Shown here one piece after another: positions 28,187-37,581 of a DNA stretch of 64,000 nucleotides (within the stretch, counting starts at the first letter, position 1; each line of letters begins with the position of its first letter). Position numbers and translations under genes: made by a program. The stretch comes from Candidatus Sungiibacteriota bacterium (GTDB lineage: Bacteria; Patescibacteriota; Minisyncoccia; Sungbacterales; HO2-52-23): positions 590,823-654,822 of the forward strand of contig CP066690.1 of NCBI GenBank assembly GCA_016432465.1. Reading direction: 5' to 3'. Below the pieces are notes generated by a model. It worked only from the letters and a program-made list of their open reading frames with translations. It had not been told where the DNA came from and did no database searches.

Positions 28187-30316
28187 ATGCCCCGTGACTA
28201 TCCAATAGAAAGAACAAGAGATATAGGTATTATAGCTCATATAGATGCTGGGAAAACGACAGTCACCGAGCGCGTTTTGTTTTACACTGGCGTATCGCAT
28301 AAAATCGGCGAAGTGCATGAGGGAACAACTGTGATGGACTGGATGGAACAGGAGCGGGAACGGGGAATTACTATTACGGCCGCAGCCACCACTTGTTTTT
28401 GGACGCCGACCTATCTCACAACCAACAACCAACAACCAACAACCAACGACGAAAAAAATGAATACCGTATAAACATAATTGATACCCCGGGGCACATTGA
28501 TTTTACGGTGGAGGTTCAGCGCTCATTGCGAGTTTTGGACGGCGCCGTAGTGGTTTTTGACGGCGTGGCCGGAGTGGAGCCGCAATCAGAAACCGTCTGG
28601 CGGCAAGCCGATAAATTTCACGTGCCGCGCATTTGTTTTATCAACAAACTTGACCGCATGGGCGCATCTTTTGAAAAATCTCTTGCTTCAATTTATGAAC
28701 GGCTTACACCCAATGCCGTTGCCGTAACAATTCCGATTGGACACGAGCAAGAGCATGAGGGAGTGATTGATTTGATGCGTATGAGAGCAGTGCGTTTTTT
28801 GGGAGAGCACGGCGAGCAAATAGAGCTTTCCGATATTCCGGAAAATTTAAAATCTTCAGCCGAGGAATGGCGCCACAAAATGGTTGAGAAAATTTCCGAG
28901 TCGGACGAGGCGCTTACGGAAAAATATCTTGAGGGTAAGGAAATTTCCATAGAGGAATTGCGTCGGGCTCTACGTAAAGCAACTCTTGCATATAAACTCG
29001 TTCCGGTTTTCTGCGGCTCGGCCCTAAAAAATAAAGGAGTACAGCTTGTTCTGGACGGTGTTATTGATTATCTGCCTTCACCCCTTGATCTTCCTCCGGT
29101 AAAAGGCATCAATCCCAAAAGCGGCGCGGAAGAGTCACGTGAGGCCAAAGACGATGCCCCTTTTGCCGCGCTTGCTTTTAAACTTCAGTCCGATCCGTAT
29201 GTGGGACAGCTTACTTATTTTCGTGTTTATTCGGGAACGTTGAATGCCGGCTCTTATGTTTTAAATTCTGTGAAAGGAGAGCAAGAACGTGTGGGCAGAA
29301 TTTTGCGGATGCATGCCAACTCCCGCGAAGAGCTAAAAGAAATTAACGCCGGAAATATCGGCGCCATTGTTGGTTTGAAAAATACCCATACCGGAGATAC
29401 CCTCTGCGACCCCGAGCACCCTATTGTGCTGGAAAAAATTATTTTTCCGGAGCCGGTGGTGTCCCTTAAAATTGAACCTAAAACCAAAGCCGATCAGGAA
29501 AAAATGGGGATTGCTCTGCATCGTCTTGGTGAGGAAGACCCCACCTTCCGGATTAAGGGTGATCTGGAAACAGGAGAGACCATTATCTCCGGAATGGGCG
29601 AGCTGCATTTGGAAATTATCGTGGACAGAATGAAGCGTGAGTTTTCGGTTGCGGCCAATGTGGGCCGGCCGCAGGTTGCCTACAAGGAAACAATTAAAAA
29701 ACTGGCCACTGCCGAAGGGAAATATATTCGTCAGTCAGGAGGCCGCGGACAGTACGGACATGTATGGCTTCGGGTGGAGCCGCGGGAGCGCGGCAAGGGC
29801 TTTGAGTTTGTTGATGAAATTAAGGGTGGTATAATTCCCAAAGAGTTTATACCGGCAGTTGAGAAAGGAATTAAGGAAGCAATGGAAAAGGGAGTGCTGG
29901 CAGGATATCCGATGGTGGATATGGAGGTTGCTCTTTATGACGGTTCGTACCACGAAGTTGACTCTTCGGAAGCTGCTTTTAAAATCGCGGGGTCAATTGC
30001 TCTGCAGGAGGCATCTCGCAGAGCAGGGCTTGTGATGCTTGAGCCTATTATGAGAATAGAGGCCGTTCTGCCCGAACAATTTTTGGGAGAGGTGACGGGA
30101 GACTTAAATTCTAAGCGCGGCCGGATTGAGGAAATGTCAGAGCGGGGGCTTGGAATTAAAGTAATTGATGCCAAAGTTCCTTTATCCGAGATGTTTGGAT
30201 ATGTTACGACCCTGCGGTCGTTGACACAGGGAAGGGCCTCCTTCACAATGGAGTTTGATCATTATGAAGAAGTGCCGAACAATATAGCCCAATTGATTAT
30301 TGAAGGAAAAAAGTAA
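28187..30316 (+). CDS. fusA: elongation factor G (with a short [11 protein letters not shown] low-complexity insertion in the G domain)
   Basis: [17 protein letters not shown] etc. Confidence 0.95.
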   Translation: MPRDYPIERTRDIGIIAHIDAGKTTVTERVLFYTGVSHKIGEVHEGTTVMDWMEQERERGITITAAATTCFWTPTYLTTNNQQPTTNDEKNEYRINIIDTPGHIDFTVEVQRSLRVLDGAVVVFDGVAGVEPQSETVWRQADKFHVPRICFINKLDRMGASFEKSLASIYERLTPNAVAVTIPIGHEQEHEGVIDLMRMRAVRFLGEHGEQIELSDIPENLKSSAEEWRHKMVEKISESDEALTEKYLEGKEISIEELRRALRKATLAYKLVPVFCGSALKNKGVQLVLDGVIDYLPSPLDLPPVKGINPKSGAEESREAKDDAPFAALAFKLQSDPYVGQLTYFRVYSGTLNAGSYVLNSVKGEQERVGRILRMHANSREELKEINAGNIGAIVGLKNTHTGDTLCDPEHPIVLEKIIFPEPVVSLKIEPKTKADQEKMGIALHRLGEEDPTFRIKGDLETGETIISGMGELHLEIIVDRMKREFSVAANVGRPQVAYKETIKKLATAEGKYIRQSGGRGQYGHVWLRVEPRERGKGFEFVDEIKGGIIPKEFIPAVEKGIKEAMEKGVLAGYPMVDMEVALYDGSYHEVDSSEAAFKIAGSIALQEASRRAGLVMLEPIMRIEAVLPEQFLGEVTGDLNSKRGRIEEMSERGLGIKVIDAKVPLSEMFGYVTTLRSLTQGRASFTMEFDHYEEVPNNIAQLIIEGKK

Positions 30317-30461
30317 TTTCACAATGTCCCGACGATCGCTTTGCGATGTCGGGATCCCGACTTCCTTATTGATGAATATAAAACGGAGCGTCGGGAGAAT
30401 CTGACCACTATGAGGAGGTGCCGCAGAATATAGCGCAGTTAATTATTGAAGGAAAAAAATA
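30317..30461 (+). pseudogene. hairpin insert followed by a diverged second copy of the fusA 3' end (…[19 protein letters not shown]-stop)
   Basis: TTCACAATG occurs at 30242 and 30318; second copy = first copy + 67-bp insert containing GTCCCGACGATCGCtttGCGATGTCGGGA hairpin. Confidence 0.6.
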
Positions 30462-30479
30462 GGCGCCGTAGGGCGCCAG

Positions 30480-30731
30480 TTAGGACTTTTTTCTCCGACT
30501 TAAGGGGGAAGACATGTGGAGTGTGAACTTTACAACAATACGGGGTCTACCCCTAAGTGTTTCCCCCCGTTGTTTAAAGCGTATAGAAGCCGAAATATAC
30601 GGGTCCGCTTTTCTGATACGCTCGTTTAGCATGTCTAGTAGCACGTCTGTCGTAAGGTGGGGGGAGATTGAGTCGTTGATCAGTTCACGGATTTGTTTCA
30701 AGCTCAGAGTAGCATATGCGTTAATTTTCAT
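30480..30731 (-). CDS. hypothetical small protein
   Basis: GAGGGGTGA SD 4 nt upstream of ATG 30731; no known domain. Confidence 0.5.
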   Translation of the reverse strand: MKINAYATLSLKQIRELINDSISPHLTTDVLLDMLNERIRKADPYISASIRFKQRGETLRGRPRIVVKFTLHMSSPLSRRKKS

Positions 30732-30903
30732 GTAGTCACCCCTCATTTTGCACCACAACCATTAGTAGCAAAACCGGTAAATTTAGTCAAGTACGTTTAT
30801 GAATTTGGATAAAATCAAAAATTTATCAAGGCCTTGATAGCAGGTACTCTATAGAGTAAAATAAGAAGTATAATGCCCACTTTGATAGAAAAAAAATAAA
30901 TTT

Positions 30904-31317
30904 ATGGAGGGACAAGAAAAGATCCCAAAACTAACCAAAGAGGAACTCGCCCGAGATCCTAGGGAGGCTTTTAGAAACTTAGATGCGCATGAGATCTCCC
31001 TTGATTTGTCCAGATTGACCTTAATTGATAAAGGCGTGGAGGAAATCCACCGTTGGTATACAGCTGAGCTGGTAGAGCAAAAACTAGAAGATCCCGAGGG
31101 GTGGTTTAGAAGTCCGAAACACTTCGGTTTATACCACGAGCTTGTAGAAAGGTTAGTTAGGGATACTAAGATTCTTCAAAATGCAACAGGACGGGCTGTC
31201 TTGGAGGAGATGGTTGATAAAATACAAAAGCATGTGGGTGCATATATAGACCCTGTTTCTGCTGTTAACTTCCGGATATTTTTTAAGGAAGCAATAGAGT
31301 TTCTGGGACATAAATAG
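30904..31317 (+). CDS. hypothetical protein
   Basis: 137-aa ORF, no recognisable domain, 10 bp upstream of the next ORF. Confidence 0.45.
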   Translation: MEGQEKIPKLTKEELARDPREAFRNLDAHEISLDLSRLTLIDKGVEEIHRWYTAELVEQKLEDPEGWFRSPKHFGLYHELVERLVRDTKILQNATGRAVLEEMVDKIQKHVGAYIDPVSAVNFRIFFKEAIEFLGHK

Positions 31318-31327
31318 GGTTTTTGAT

Positions 31328-31627
31328 ATGGATTTCTCTAAACTTAAAAACTTAGTAAAGCACAATGGGGATAAATTTGTATTTGTTGAAAATGGGGAGC
31401 CGGAGATGGTGATGATGTCGTTTAAGGAATACGAGAAACTTGCGACCAACGGCAAATATGAAGGGCTGTACCCAACAGATCACGGGTTTCGCCCCCACAA
31501 CGCTGAATTTGCCGACCTTGGGTTTGGGCATTTTAAGGAGACAGAGGTTGTGTTGCCCGGCGGAGGAGAAGGGGCGGGGCTGCCCGTTAGATTAGAAGAT
31601 ATTCGTCTTGAAGATTTGCCTATTTAG
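31328..31627 (+). CDS. Phd/YefM-like antitoxin domain protein with disordered Gly/Pro C-terminal tail
   Basis: N-terminal KFVFVENGEPEMVMMSFKEYEKL resembles YefM ...CVLMSLEEYNSL. Confidence 0.45.
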   Translation: MDFSKLKNLVKHNGDKFVFVENGEPEMVMMSFKEYEKLATNGKYEGLYPTDHGFRPHNAEFADLGFGHFKETEVVLPGGGEGAGLPVRLEDIRLEDLPI

Positions 31628-31740
31628 CATCTTGACTAACCAATTACGTTAAGTTAGGATTAATTTTGTTATCAAAAACATTAAAGTAAGCGAATTTTTC
31701 AAGTTGCATGTCCTCGGGAAATGTAATTTGCGATATATAC

Positions 31741-31761
31741 GCTAAATTTTAGACAAATATG
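31741..31761 (+). promoter_or_regulatory. CTAAATTTTAGACAAAT-ATG motif (also upstream of rpsN at 41107-41127); -10-like TAAATT, no SD
   Basis: near-identical 20-nt blocks directly abutting two start codons. Confidence 0.35.
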
Positions 31762-32952
31762 GCAGAAAAATTTGAGCGAACCAAGCCGCATATAAACGTC
31801 GGAACCATTGGGCACGTTGACCATGGAAAGACGACCCTAACAGCGGCCATAACCAAAATCCTTAGTTTAAAAGGGCTTCCTTCACGCGTAGAGTCAGTGG
31901 ATCAGATTGACAATGCGCCCGAAGAAAAAGCGCGCGGAATTACTATTGCGCTTCATCACTCCGAGTACGAGACCGAGAAGAGGCACTACGCCCACATTGA
32001 CGCTCCGGGACACGCCGACTACATCAAAAATATGATTACTGGCGCAGCCCAGATGGATGGCGCGATTTTGGTTGTTTCCGCATCTGATGGCCCTATGCCG
32101 CAGACTCGGGAGCATATACTTCTGGCGCGGCAAGTCGGGGTACCGGCAGTTGTGGTGTTTTTGAATAAAGTGGATATGGTGGACGATCCGGAGCTAATTG
32201 ACTTAGTGGAAGCAGAAGTGCGGGAGCTCCTTAAAAAGTATGAATTTCCCGGAGACGAAATTCCCGTGATCCGGGGATCAGCCCTCAAGGCGCTTGACGC
32301 CAAATCTGTGGATGACGAATGGGCCAAGAAAATTTTGGAGCTTGTAGGAGCCCTTGATACTTATATTCCCGAACCCGTGCGCGATGTGGACAAGCCTTTC
32401 CTGATGCCTATTGAGGACGTTTTTTCCATTGAGGGCCGAGGTACGGTTGTAACCGGAAGGATTGAAAGAGGTAAAGTAAAACTAAACGATGAGGTTGGGG
32501 TTATTGGCCTTCGCGATACCCAAAAAACTATTGTTACGGGAATTGAGATGTTTAACAAGTCCCTTGATGAAGGAATGGCCGGGGACAATGCGGGTATCCT
32601 TCTACGCGGTCTTAAAAAAGAGGACGTGGAGCGTGGACAGGTAATTGCCAAGCCCGGGTCAGTAACGCCCCATACAGAATTTGAATCAGAGGTTTATATT
32701 CTGACCAAAGAAGAGGGTGGACGCCACACGCCGTTTTTCACCGGCTACAAGCCGCAGTTTTATATCCGCACCACTGATGTGACCGGCGATGTGACGCTTC
32801 CGCAGGGAACGGAAATGGTTATGCCCGGAGACACCATAAAGTTTACGGTAAAACTTATTGTTCCGGTTGCGCTTGAGGAAAAACAGAGGTTTGCAATCAG
32901 AGAGGGGGGTAAAACGGTCGGGGCAGGAGTGGTTACGAAAATTATGAAATAG
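31759..32952 (+). CDS. tuf: elongation factor Tu
   Basis: [21 protein letters not shown]. Confidence 0.95.
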   Translation: MAEKFERTKPHINVGTIGHVDHGKTTLTAAITKILSLKGLPSRVESVDQIDNAPEEKARGITIALHHSEYETEKRHYAHIDAPGHADYIKNMITGAAQMDGAILVVSASDGPMPQTREHILLARQVGVPAVVVFLNKVDMVDDPELIDLVEAEVRELLKKYEFPGDEIPVIRGSALKALDAKSVDDEWAKKILELVGALDTYIPEPVRDVDKPFLMPIEDVFSIEGRGTVVTGRIERGKVKLNDEVGVIGLRDTQKTIVTGIEMFNKSLDEGMAGDNAGILLRGLKKEDVERGQVIAKPGSVTPHTEFESEVYILTKEEGGRHTPFFTGYKPQFYIRTTDVTGDVTLPQGTEMVMPGDTIKFTVKLIVPVALEEKQRFAIREGGKTVGAGVVTKIMK

Positions 32953-33020
32953 CTTATAGCTTATAGCTTATAGCTTATAGAGGCGACTAAAAGCTAAAAG
33001 CTAAAGTCTAAAAGCTAGTA
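32946..33020. repeat. heptamer microsatellite (AGCTTAT)x4.5 followed by (AAAAGCT)-type repeats
   Basis: read directly; same heptamer in opposite orientation at 16240-16270. Confidence 0.8.
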
Positions 33021-33027
33021 TGGTTCT

Positions 33028-33360
33028 TTGGCAGCAAAAAAAGAAGCAGAAATTAAGCCCAAACTGCGCATTAAAGTTCGAGCCTACGACTCGAAGATTA
33101 TTGATAATTCGGTCAAACAGATTGTGGATACGGCAGTACGAAACGGAGCGGAAGTGGTGGGGCCGGTGCCTTTGCCAACAGAAATGCATAAATATACTGT
33201 CAACCGCTCCAGTTTTGTCCACAAAAACGCCCGGGAACAATTTGAGATGCGGGTGCATAAGCGCCTGATTGATATTTTAAATCCAACCCCAAAAACTATT
33301 GATGCGCTGACAAATCTAAATCTGCCGGCGGGAGTAGATATAGAGATTAAAATGATGTGA
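33028..33360 (+). CDS. rpsJ: ribosomal protein S10 (TTG start)
   Basis: [21 protein letters not shown]... Confidence 0.85.
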   Translation: MAAKKEAEIKPKLRIKVRAYDSKIIDNSVKQIVDTAVRNGAEVVGPVPLPTEMHKYTVNRSSFVHKNAREQFEMRVHKRLIDILNPTPKTIDALTNLNLPAGVDIEIKMM

Positions 33361-33525
33361 TTTAATTTCGGTGGAGCACTGAATTCTATTTCGTTTATAA
33401 CGCGAGATAGAATTGAGTGATTCAATCACTCATCGGTTGTCATTATGGTAATCAATATTTTTACATTTTAGGAAATAAAAACCCGCCGTGTTTTGCTACG
33501 CCGGGAAACCGGCTTTTTTGTTACC

Positions 33526-34158
33526 ATGAAATTCGTATTAGGAGAAAAATTAGGAATGAGTCAGATTTTTGATAAAGAAGGCAATGTCATTCCGGTGACG
33601 CTTGTTAAGGCAACACCAAATGTAGTTTTGCAAATAAAAACCAAGGAAAAAGACGGGTATGAAGCAATTCAGATTGGGGCAGGAGAGCGGAAAGCCAAAA
33701 ATATAAAAAAGCCGCAGAGGGGGCATTTTTCCGCCGGAGGCGGGTCCGCCTTTGGCGGAAAAAATTTGGGGAATTTTCGCTACGTGCGTGAGTTTAAGAC
33801 AGCAGACAAACCGGAACGAGGTCAAAAAATTGATGTATCAGTTTTTCAAGAGGGCGACAAGGTAAAAGTAAGCGGAATTTCCAAAGGAAAAGGGTTTCAG
33901 GGCGTGGTAAAACGTCACGGATTTCACGGGGCGCCCGCAACGCACGGCACCAAGCACGCCCATCGCCAGCCGGGGTCCATTGGCGCCACTTGGCCGCAAA
34001 GAGTGATAAAAGGAATGCGAATGGCAGGAAGAATGGGTGGCGATAGGGTGAGCGTGAGAAATTTAAAAATAGCGAAGGTGGATTTAGAGAATAATATATT
34101 AGCGATAAAAGGAGCAGTACCGGGGAGACGAGGGACGTTACTTGAGATTAGAGGATAG
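33526..34158 (+). CDS. rplC: ribosomal protein L3
   Basis: MKFVLGEKLGMSQIFD start; preceded by hairpin GCCGGgaaaCCGGC + TTTTTT. Confidence 0.9.
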   Translation: MKFVLGEKLGMSQIFDKEGNVIPVTLVKATPNVVLQIKTKEKDGYEAIQIGAGERKAKNIKKPQRGHFSAGGGSAFGGKNLGNFRYVREFKTADKPERGQKIDVSVFQEGDKVKVSGISKGKGFQGVVKRHGFHGAPATHGTKHAHRQPGSIGATWPQRVIKGMRMAGRMGGDRVSVRNLKIAKVDLENNILAIKGAVPGRRGTLLEIRG

Positions 34159-34169
34159 TGCGGGTTTTC

Positions 34170-34348
34170 TCGGAGATTTCTTTTGTAAACACGATTCGGT
34201 CGCTCCAGTGCCTAGGCCCTTCGGGCCGGCATCCCGGCAGCAAAGCTGCCTAGGGACGGCGACCTCACTAAGGGTCGGACGAAGTTTTCCGCCTTCGGCA
34301 GAAACCAAGCAACTCCGTCCTCCCATTGTTTCCAAAAGAAATCTCCGA
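34170..34348. mobile_element. miniature inverted-repeat element, copy 2 (longer internal segment)
   Basis: TIR CGGAGATTTCTTTTGTAAAC / GTTTCCAAAAGAAATCTCCG. Confidence 0.6.
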
Positions 34349-34426
34349 GGCCCGCGTGGAGATAATAATCTCCACCCATTAGAGAAGAGGGGTGGAATAT
34401 GAAAAGAGCGACCGCGAGGGTCGCAA

Positions 34427-34732
34427 CTACTGGCGGTTGCGAAACAAAATATGAAGTAGTCCTAAGACAATGCAAAATGGTCCTGTGAGGAATAAAAACC
34501 GTACTATCAGGATCGTGTGCCATTGGGGCCCTGTAATATCTTCAATGGTGACAGGTGAGAAGAATAGTCTCACAAACCAGGAACTAATTGACCAAACCAG
34601 AAGCAAGAACACCACACTTAGTACAAGGTTGAGATGTTTACCATGTCGCGAGCGCCAAAAAAATAGACCGCTTGCGCCTATCACGCCATAAACTGTACTT
34701 TCAAGCAAAATAGTCATAAAAAGTGGATCCAT
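34427..34732 (-). CDS. small 3-TM membrane protein encoded antisense inside the rplC-rplD gap
   Basis: GGAGG SD 5 nt upstream of ATG 34732; hydrophobic. Confidence 0.4.
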   Translation of the reverse strand: MDPLFMTILLESTVYGVIGASGLFFWRSRHGKHLNLVLSVVFLLLVWSISSWFVRLFFSPVTIEDITGPQWHTILIVRFLFLTGPFCIVLGLLHILFRNRQ

Positions 34733-34778
34733 CGCAACCTCCGGTTTAGGTGCTAAATCTATTGTATAGGATAATTGC

Positions 34779-35417
34779 ATGATTGTCAATCTCTACAACC
34801 AATCAGCCAAAAAAGTAGGAACGGTAGATTTACCCGAGGCAGTGTTTGGTTTGAAGTGGAATGCTGACTTGGTGCATCAGGTGGTGACTTCACAGGCCGC
34901 GAATCTGCGAAGTCCTGTTGCGCACGCCAAAGGCAGGAGCGAGGTTCGCGGCGGAGGAAGAAAGCCGTGGCGGCAGAAAGGTACGGGTAGAGCGCGGCAC
35001 GGGTCTATCCGATCCCCGCTTTGGAAAGGAGGCGGAGTGACCCACGGTCCGCTGACCGAGAAAAATTACAAAAAGAAAATCAACAAGAAAATGGCGCGGC
35101 GCGCCCTGTATACAGTACTTTCTGCCAAAGCGCGCGATAACGAAATTATAGTTCTTGACGACTTGAAGTTTAAAGAAGCCAAAACCAAATACGCCGCCCA
35201 AATGTTTGCAAAATTTGTAAAAGAAAAAGAGTTTAGCCGCATCACCAAGGGCCGCGGCGTGCTAATTGCGCTTCCGGAAAAAAATGAAATCCTGCGCCGT
35301 GCCATGCGCAATCTTCCTTATATAGAAATTGACGAGGCGCGAAATTTAAATGCGCATGAGGTTTTGCAGTATAAGTTTTTACTGCTGCCTCAAAAGACGC
35401 TTGAAGTGTTTACATAG
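34779..35417 (+). CDS. rplD: ribosomal protein L4
   Basis: GGGRKPWRQKGTGRAR. Confidence 0.9.
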   Translation: MIVNLYNQSAKKVGTVDLPEAVFGLKWNADLVHQVVTSQAANLRSPVAHAKGRSEVRGGGRKPWRQKGTGRARHGSIRSPLWKGGGVTHGPLTEKNYKKKINKKMARRALYTVLSAKARDNEIIVLDDLKFKEAKTKYAAQMFAKFVKEKEFSRITKGRGVLIALPEKNEILRRAMRNLPYIEIDEARNLNAHEVLQYKFLLLPQKTLEVFT

Positions 35418-35420
35418 TCC

Positions 35421-35825
35421 ATGTCCATATTAAACAAAATTTTAAAAAAGAAAGAGTCAGAGAAGAAAGTTGTTGAAAAGGTTGAGAAAAAAGAAACCGT
35501 GATCACAGAAAAGAAACAAGTTTCTGAAAAGAGGCCGCTTCCTCAGGGAAAAATTGTTCTGGGAGTTCTTGTCGCCCCGCACATAACAGAAAAAAGTACG
35601 GCGTTATCAAAATATAACAAGTATATTTTTAAAGTGACGCTAAGGGCCAACAAAATTCTTACTAAACAGGCGGTGGAAGCAAAATATGGTGTTAGGGTTG
35701 AGAGCGTCCGAGTTTTAAACACGTCTGGCAAAGAACGAAGACGCGGCCGCATTATTGGACACAAGCCCGGATTTAAAAAGGCGGTAGTAACCTTGGCGGA
35801 GGGGTACAACATTGAACTTACATGA
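35421..35825 (+). CDS. rplW: ribosomal protein L23 (K/E-rich N-terminal extension)
   Basis: operon position and L23 core. Confidence 0.85.
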   Translation: MSILNKILKKKESEKKVVEKVEKKETVITEKKQVSEKRPLPQGKIVLGVLVAPHITEKSTALSKYNKYIFKVTLRANKILTKQAVEAKYGVRVESVRVLNTSGKERRRGRIIGHKPGFKKAVVTLAEGYNIELT

Positions 35826-36652
35826 AAAAGTTTAAACCAACATCACCAGCGCGGCGCCAGATGGAGATCGTTGACCTGAAAAGTATTGTTGCTAAAACCA
35901 AACCCGAGAGGCAGTTAACCTGGGGTCGGAAACGTCATGTCGGCCGCAACGCTTTTGGCCGTATAACCACTCGCCACAAAGGCGGTGGAGTAAAAAGGTT
36001 ATGGCGTGAGATTGATTTTCGCTACAATAAAAAGGATATTCCTGCAAAAGTAATGTCCTTAGAGTACGATCCCAACCGCACCAGTTTTATTGCCCTTCTT
36101 CAATACCGGGATGGAGAGAAAAGATATGTTCTTGCGCCGCAGCAATTAAGGGTTGGGGTTGAGGTCGTTACATCAGAAAATGCGCCCCTAGAGGTGGGTA
36201 ATCGCCTGCCTTTGAAGAAGATTCCTGTAGGAACAATGGTGTATAATGTAGAGCTTAGTCCGGGCCGGGGCGCGCAATTAGTGCGTTCCGCCGGCGTTGG
36301 AGCAATAGTGCTCGCACAAGAAGGAAGATTTACTAATATCCAGTTGCCTTCCAAAGAGGTTCGTATGGTGCTTTCGGAAAATTGGGCATCCATTGGCGCG
36401 CTTTCCAACCCAGAACATGGTTTTATGACCATTGGTAAAGCGGGTCGGGCGCGGAGGCTTGGCATCAGACCAACGGTACGAGGTACGGCCATGAATCCGG
36501 TAGATCACCCGCATGGCGGCGGCGAAGGGCGCACACTTCTGGGACGAAGACGGGGCCCTTCCACGCCTTGGGGCAAACCGGCGCGCGGCGTGAAAACAAG
36601 GAAGAGAAATAAAAGGTCGGATAAATATATTTTATCCCGACGCCCCATTTAA
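35822..36652 (+). CDS. rplB: ribosomal protein L2
   Basis: GRNAFGRITTRHKGGG, HPHGGGEG. Confidence 0.95.
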   Translation: MKKFKPTSPARRQMEIVDLKSIVAKTKPERQLTWGRKRHVGRNAFGRITTRHKGGGVKRLWREIDFRYNKKDIPAKVMSLEYDPNRTSFIALLQYRDGEKRYVLAPQQLRVGVEVVTSENAPLEVGNRLPLKKIPVGTMVYNVELSPGRGAQLVRSAGVGAIVLAQEGRFTNIQLPSKEVRMVLSENWASIGALSNPEHGFMTIGKAGRARRLGIRPTVRGTAMNPVDHPHGGGEGRTLLGRRRGPSTPWGKPARGVKTRKRNKRSDKYILSRRPI

Positions 36653-36663
36653 TTAGCTTAGTT

Positions 36664-36721
36664 AAGGAAGTCAGGACCCCGATCGCCGACTTTCGGCGCA
36701 TCGGGACAGCTAAGAAATAAA
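36664..36721 (+). repeat. GC-rich hairpin element CCCGATCGCCGActttcGGCGCATCGGG (same family as fusA/lepA inserts)
   Basis: read directly in rplB-rpsS spacer. Confidence 0.5.
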
Positions 36722-36726
36722 TAAAC

Positions 36727-37059
36727 ATGGCGCGCAGTCTTAAAAAAGGTCCCTACGTTCATCCCTCAATATTAAAACACATGTCCCGTATAAGAACGGG
36801 GTCAAAGACCGTGATTAAAACTTGGTCTCGGGATTCTACCATTACGCCGGAGATGATTGGTTATACTTTCGGCGTGCATAACGGAAGGAATTTTATAGAG
36901 ATCAAGGTTATGGAAGATATGGTGGGACATAAACTGGGTGAATTTGCGCCAACGCGTAAATTTGTACGACATGGCGGCAGGATGCAGCGCGAGCTTGAGC
37001 AGAAAACAGAAGGGGCGGCCAAAGAAAAAGAGTCTGCGCCCAAACCAGCCGCTAAATAA
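36727..37059 (+). CDS. rpsS: ribosomal protein S19 (C-terminal extension)
   Basis: [11 protein letters not shown]... Confidence 0.9.
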   Translation: MARSLKKGPYVHPSILKHMSRIRTGSKTVIKTWSRDSTITPEMIGYTFGVHNGRNFIEIKVMEDMVGHKLGEFAPTRKFVRHGGRMQRELEQKTEGAAKEKESAPKPAAK

Positions 37060-37068
37060 TTTTTACTT

Positions 37069-37581
37069 ATGGAAGTGCGAGCAGAACTTAATTATCTTCA
37101 TATCGCGCCCCGAAAAGTTCGGCTTCTGGCCCGCTTAATTAAAGGCATGGATACAGGACGGGCAGAGTTGGAACTGCGTAATCTGTCCAAGCGAGCCGCG
37201 GGGCCGCTGTTAAAGCTTTTAAAATCAGCCATAGCCAACGCTGCTAATAATTTTCATCTGGAAGAGAAGGGACTTTATATAAAAGATGTCATTGTAAATC
37301 CGGGGCCAGTAGCAAAACGCCAAATGCCCCGTGCTTTGGGCAGGGCCGCGCCAATACGCAAACGCACCAGTCATGTATTACTGGTGTTGGACACCAGAGT
37401 AGCCGTTGCCCCGATAAAGAGACGCATAAAAAAAGAAGGACCCGAGGTGCGCGAAGCAACCCGCGAAGATTTAAAAGAGGGGGCATCTCCAAAATCCAAG
37501 GAGTTTAAACGTGAAGAGAAAAAAACGTATACTAAAACCACTGATTTTGTAAGAAGAGTTTTTAGGAGAAAAGCAATATGA
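37069..37581 (+). CDS. rplV: ribosomal protein L22 (C-terminal extension)
   Basis: operon position, L22 core. Confidence 0.85.
   Translation: MEVRAELNYLHIAPRKVRLLARLIKGMDTGRAELELRNLSKRAAGPLLKLLKSAIANAANNFHLEEKGLYIKDVIVNPGPVAKRQMPRALGRAAPIRKRTSHVLLVLDTRVAVAPIKRRIKKEGPEVREATREDLKEGASPKSKEFKREEKKTYTKTTDFVRRVFRRKAI

Noticed and set aside
27750-30470. Interpreting the tandem diverged duplicates purely as integrase att sites of a genomic island
   Set aside because: The duplicated copies are only 70-100 bp apart with no island between them, and no integrase is present. Left as an open observation instead.
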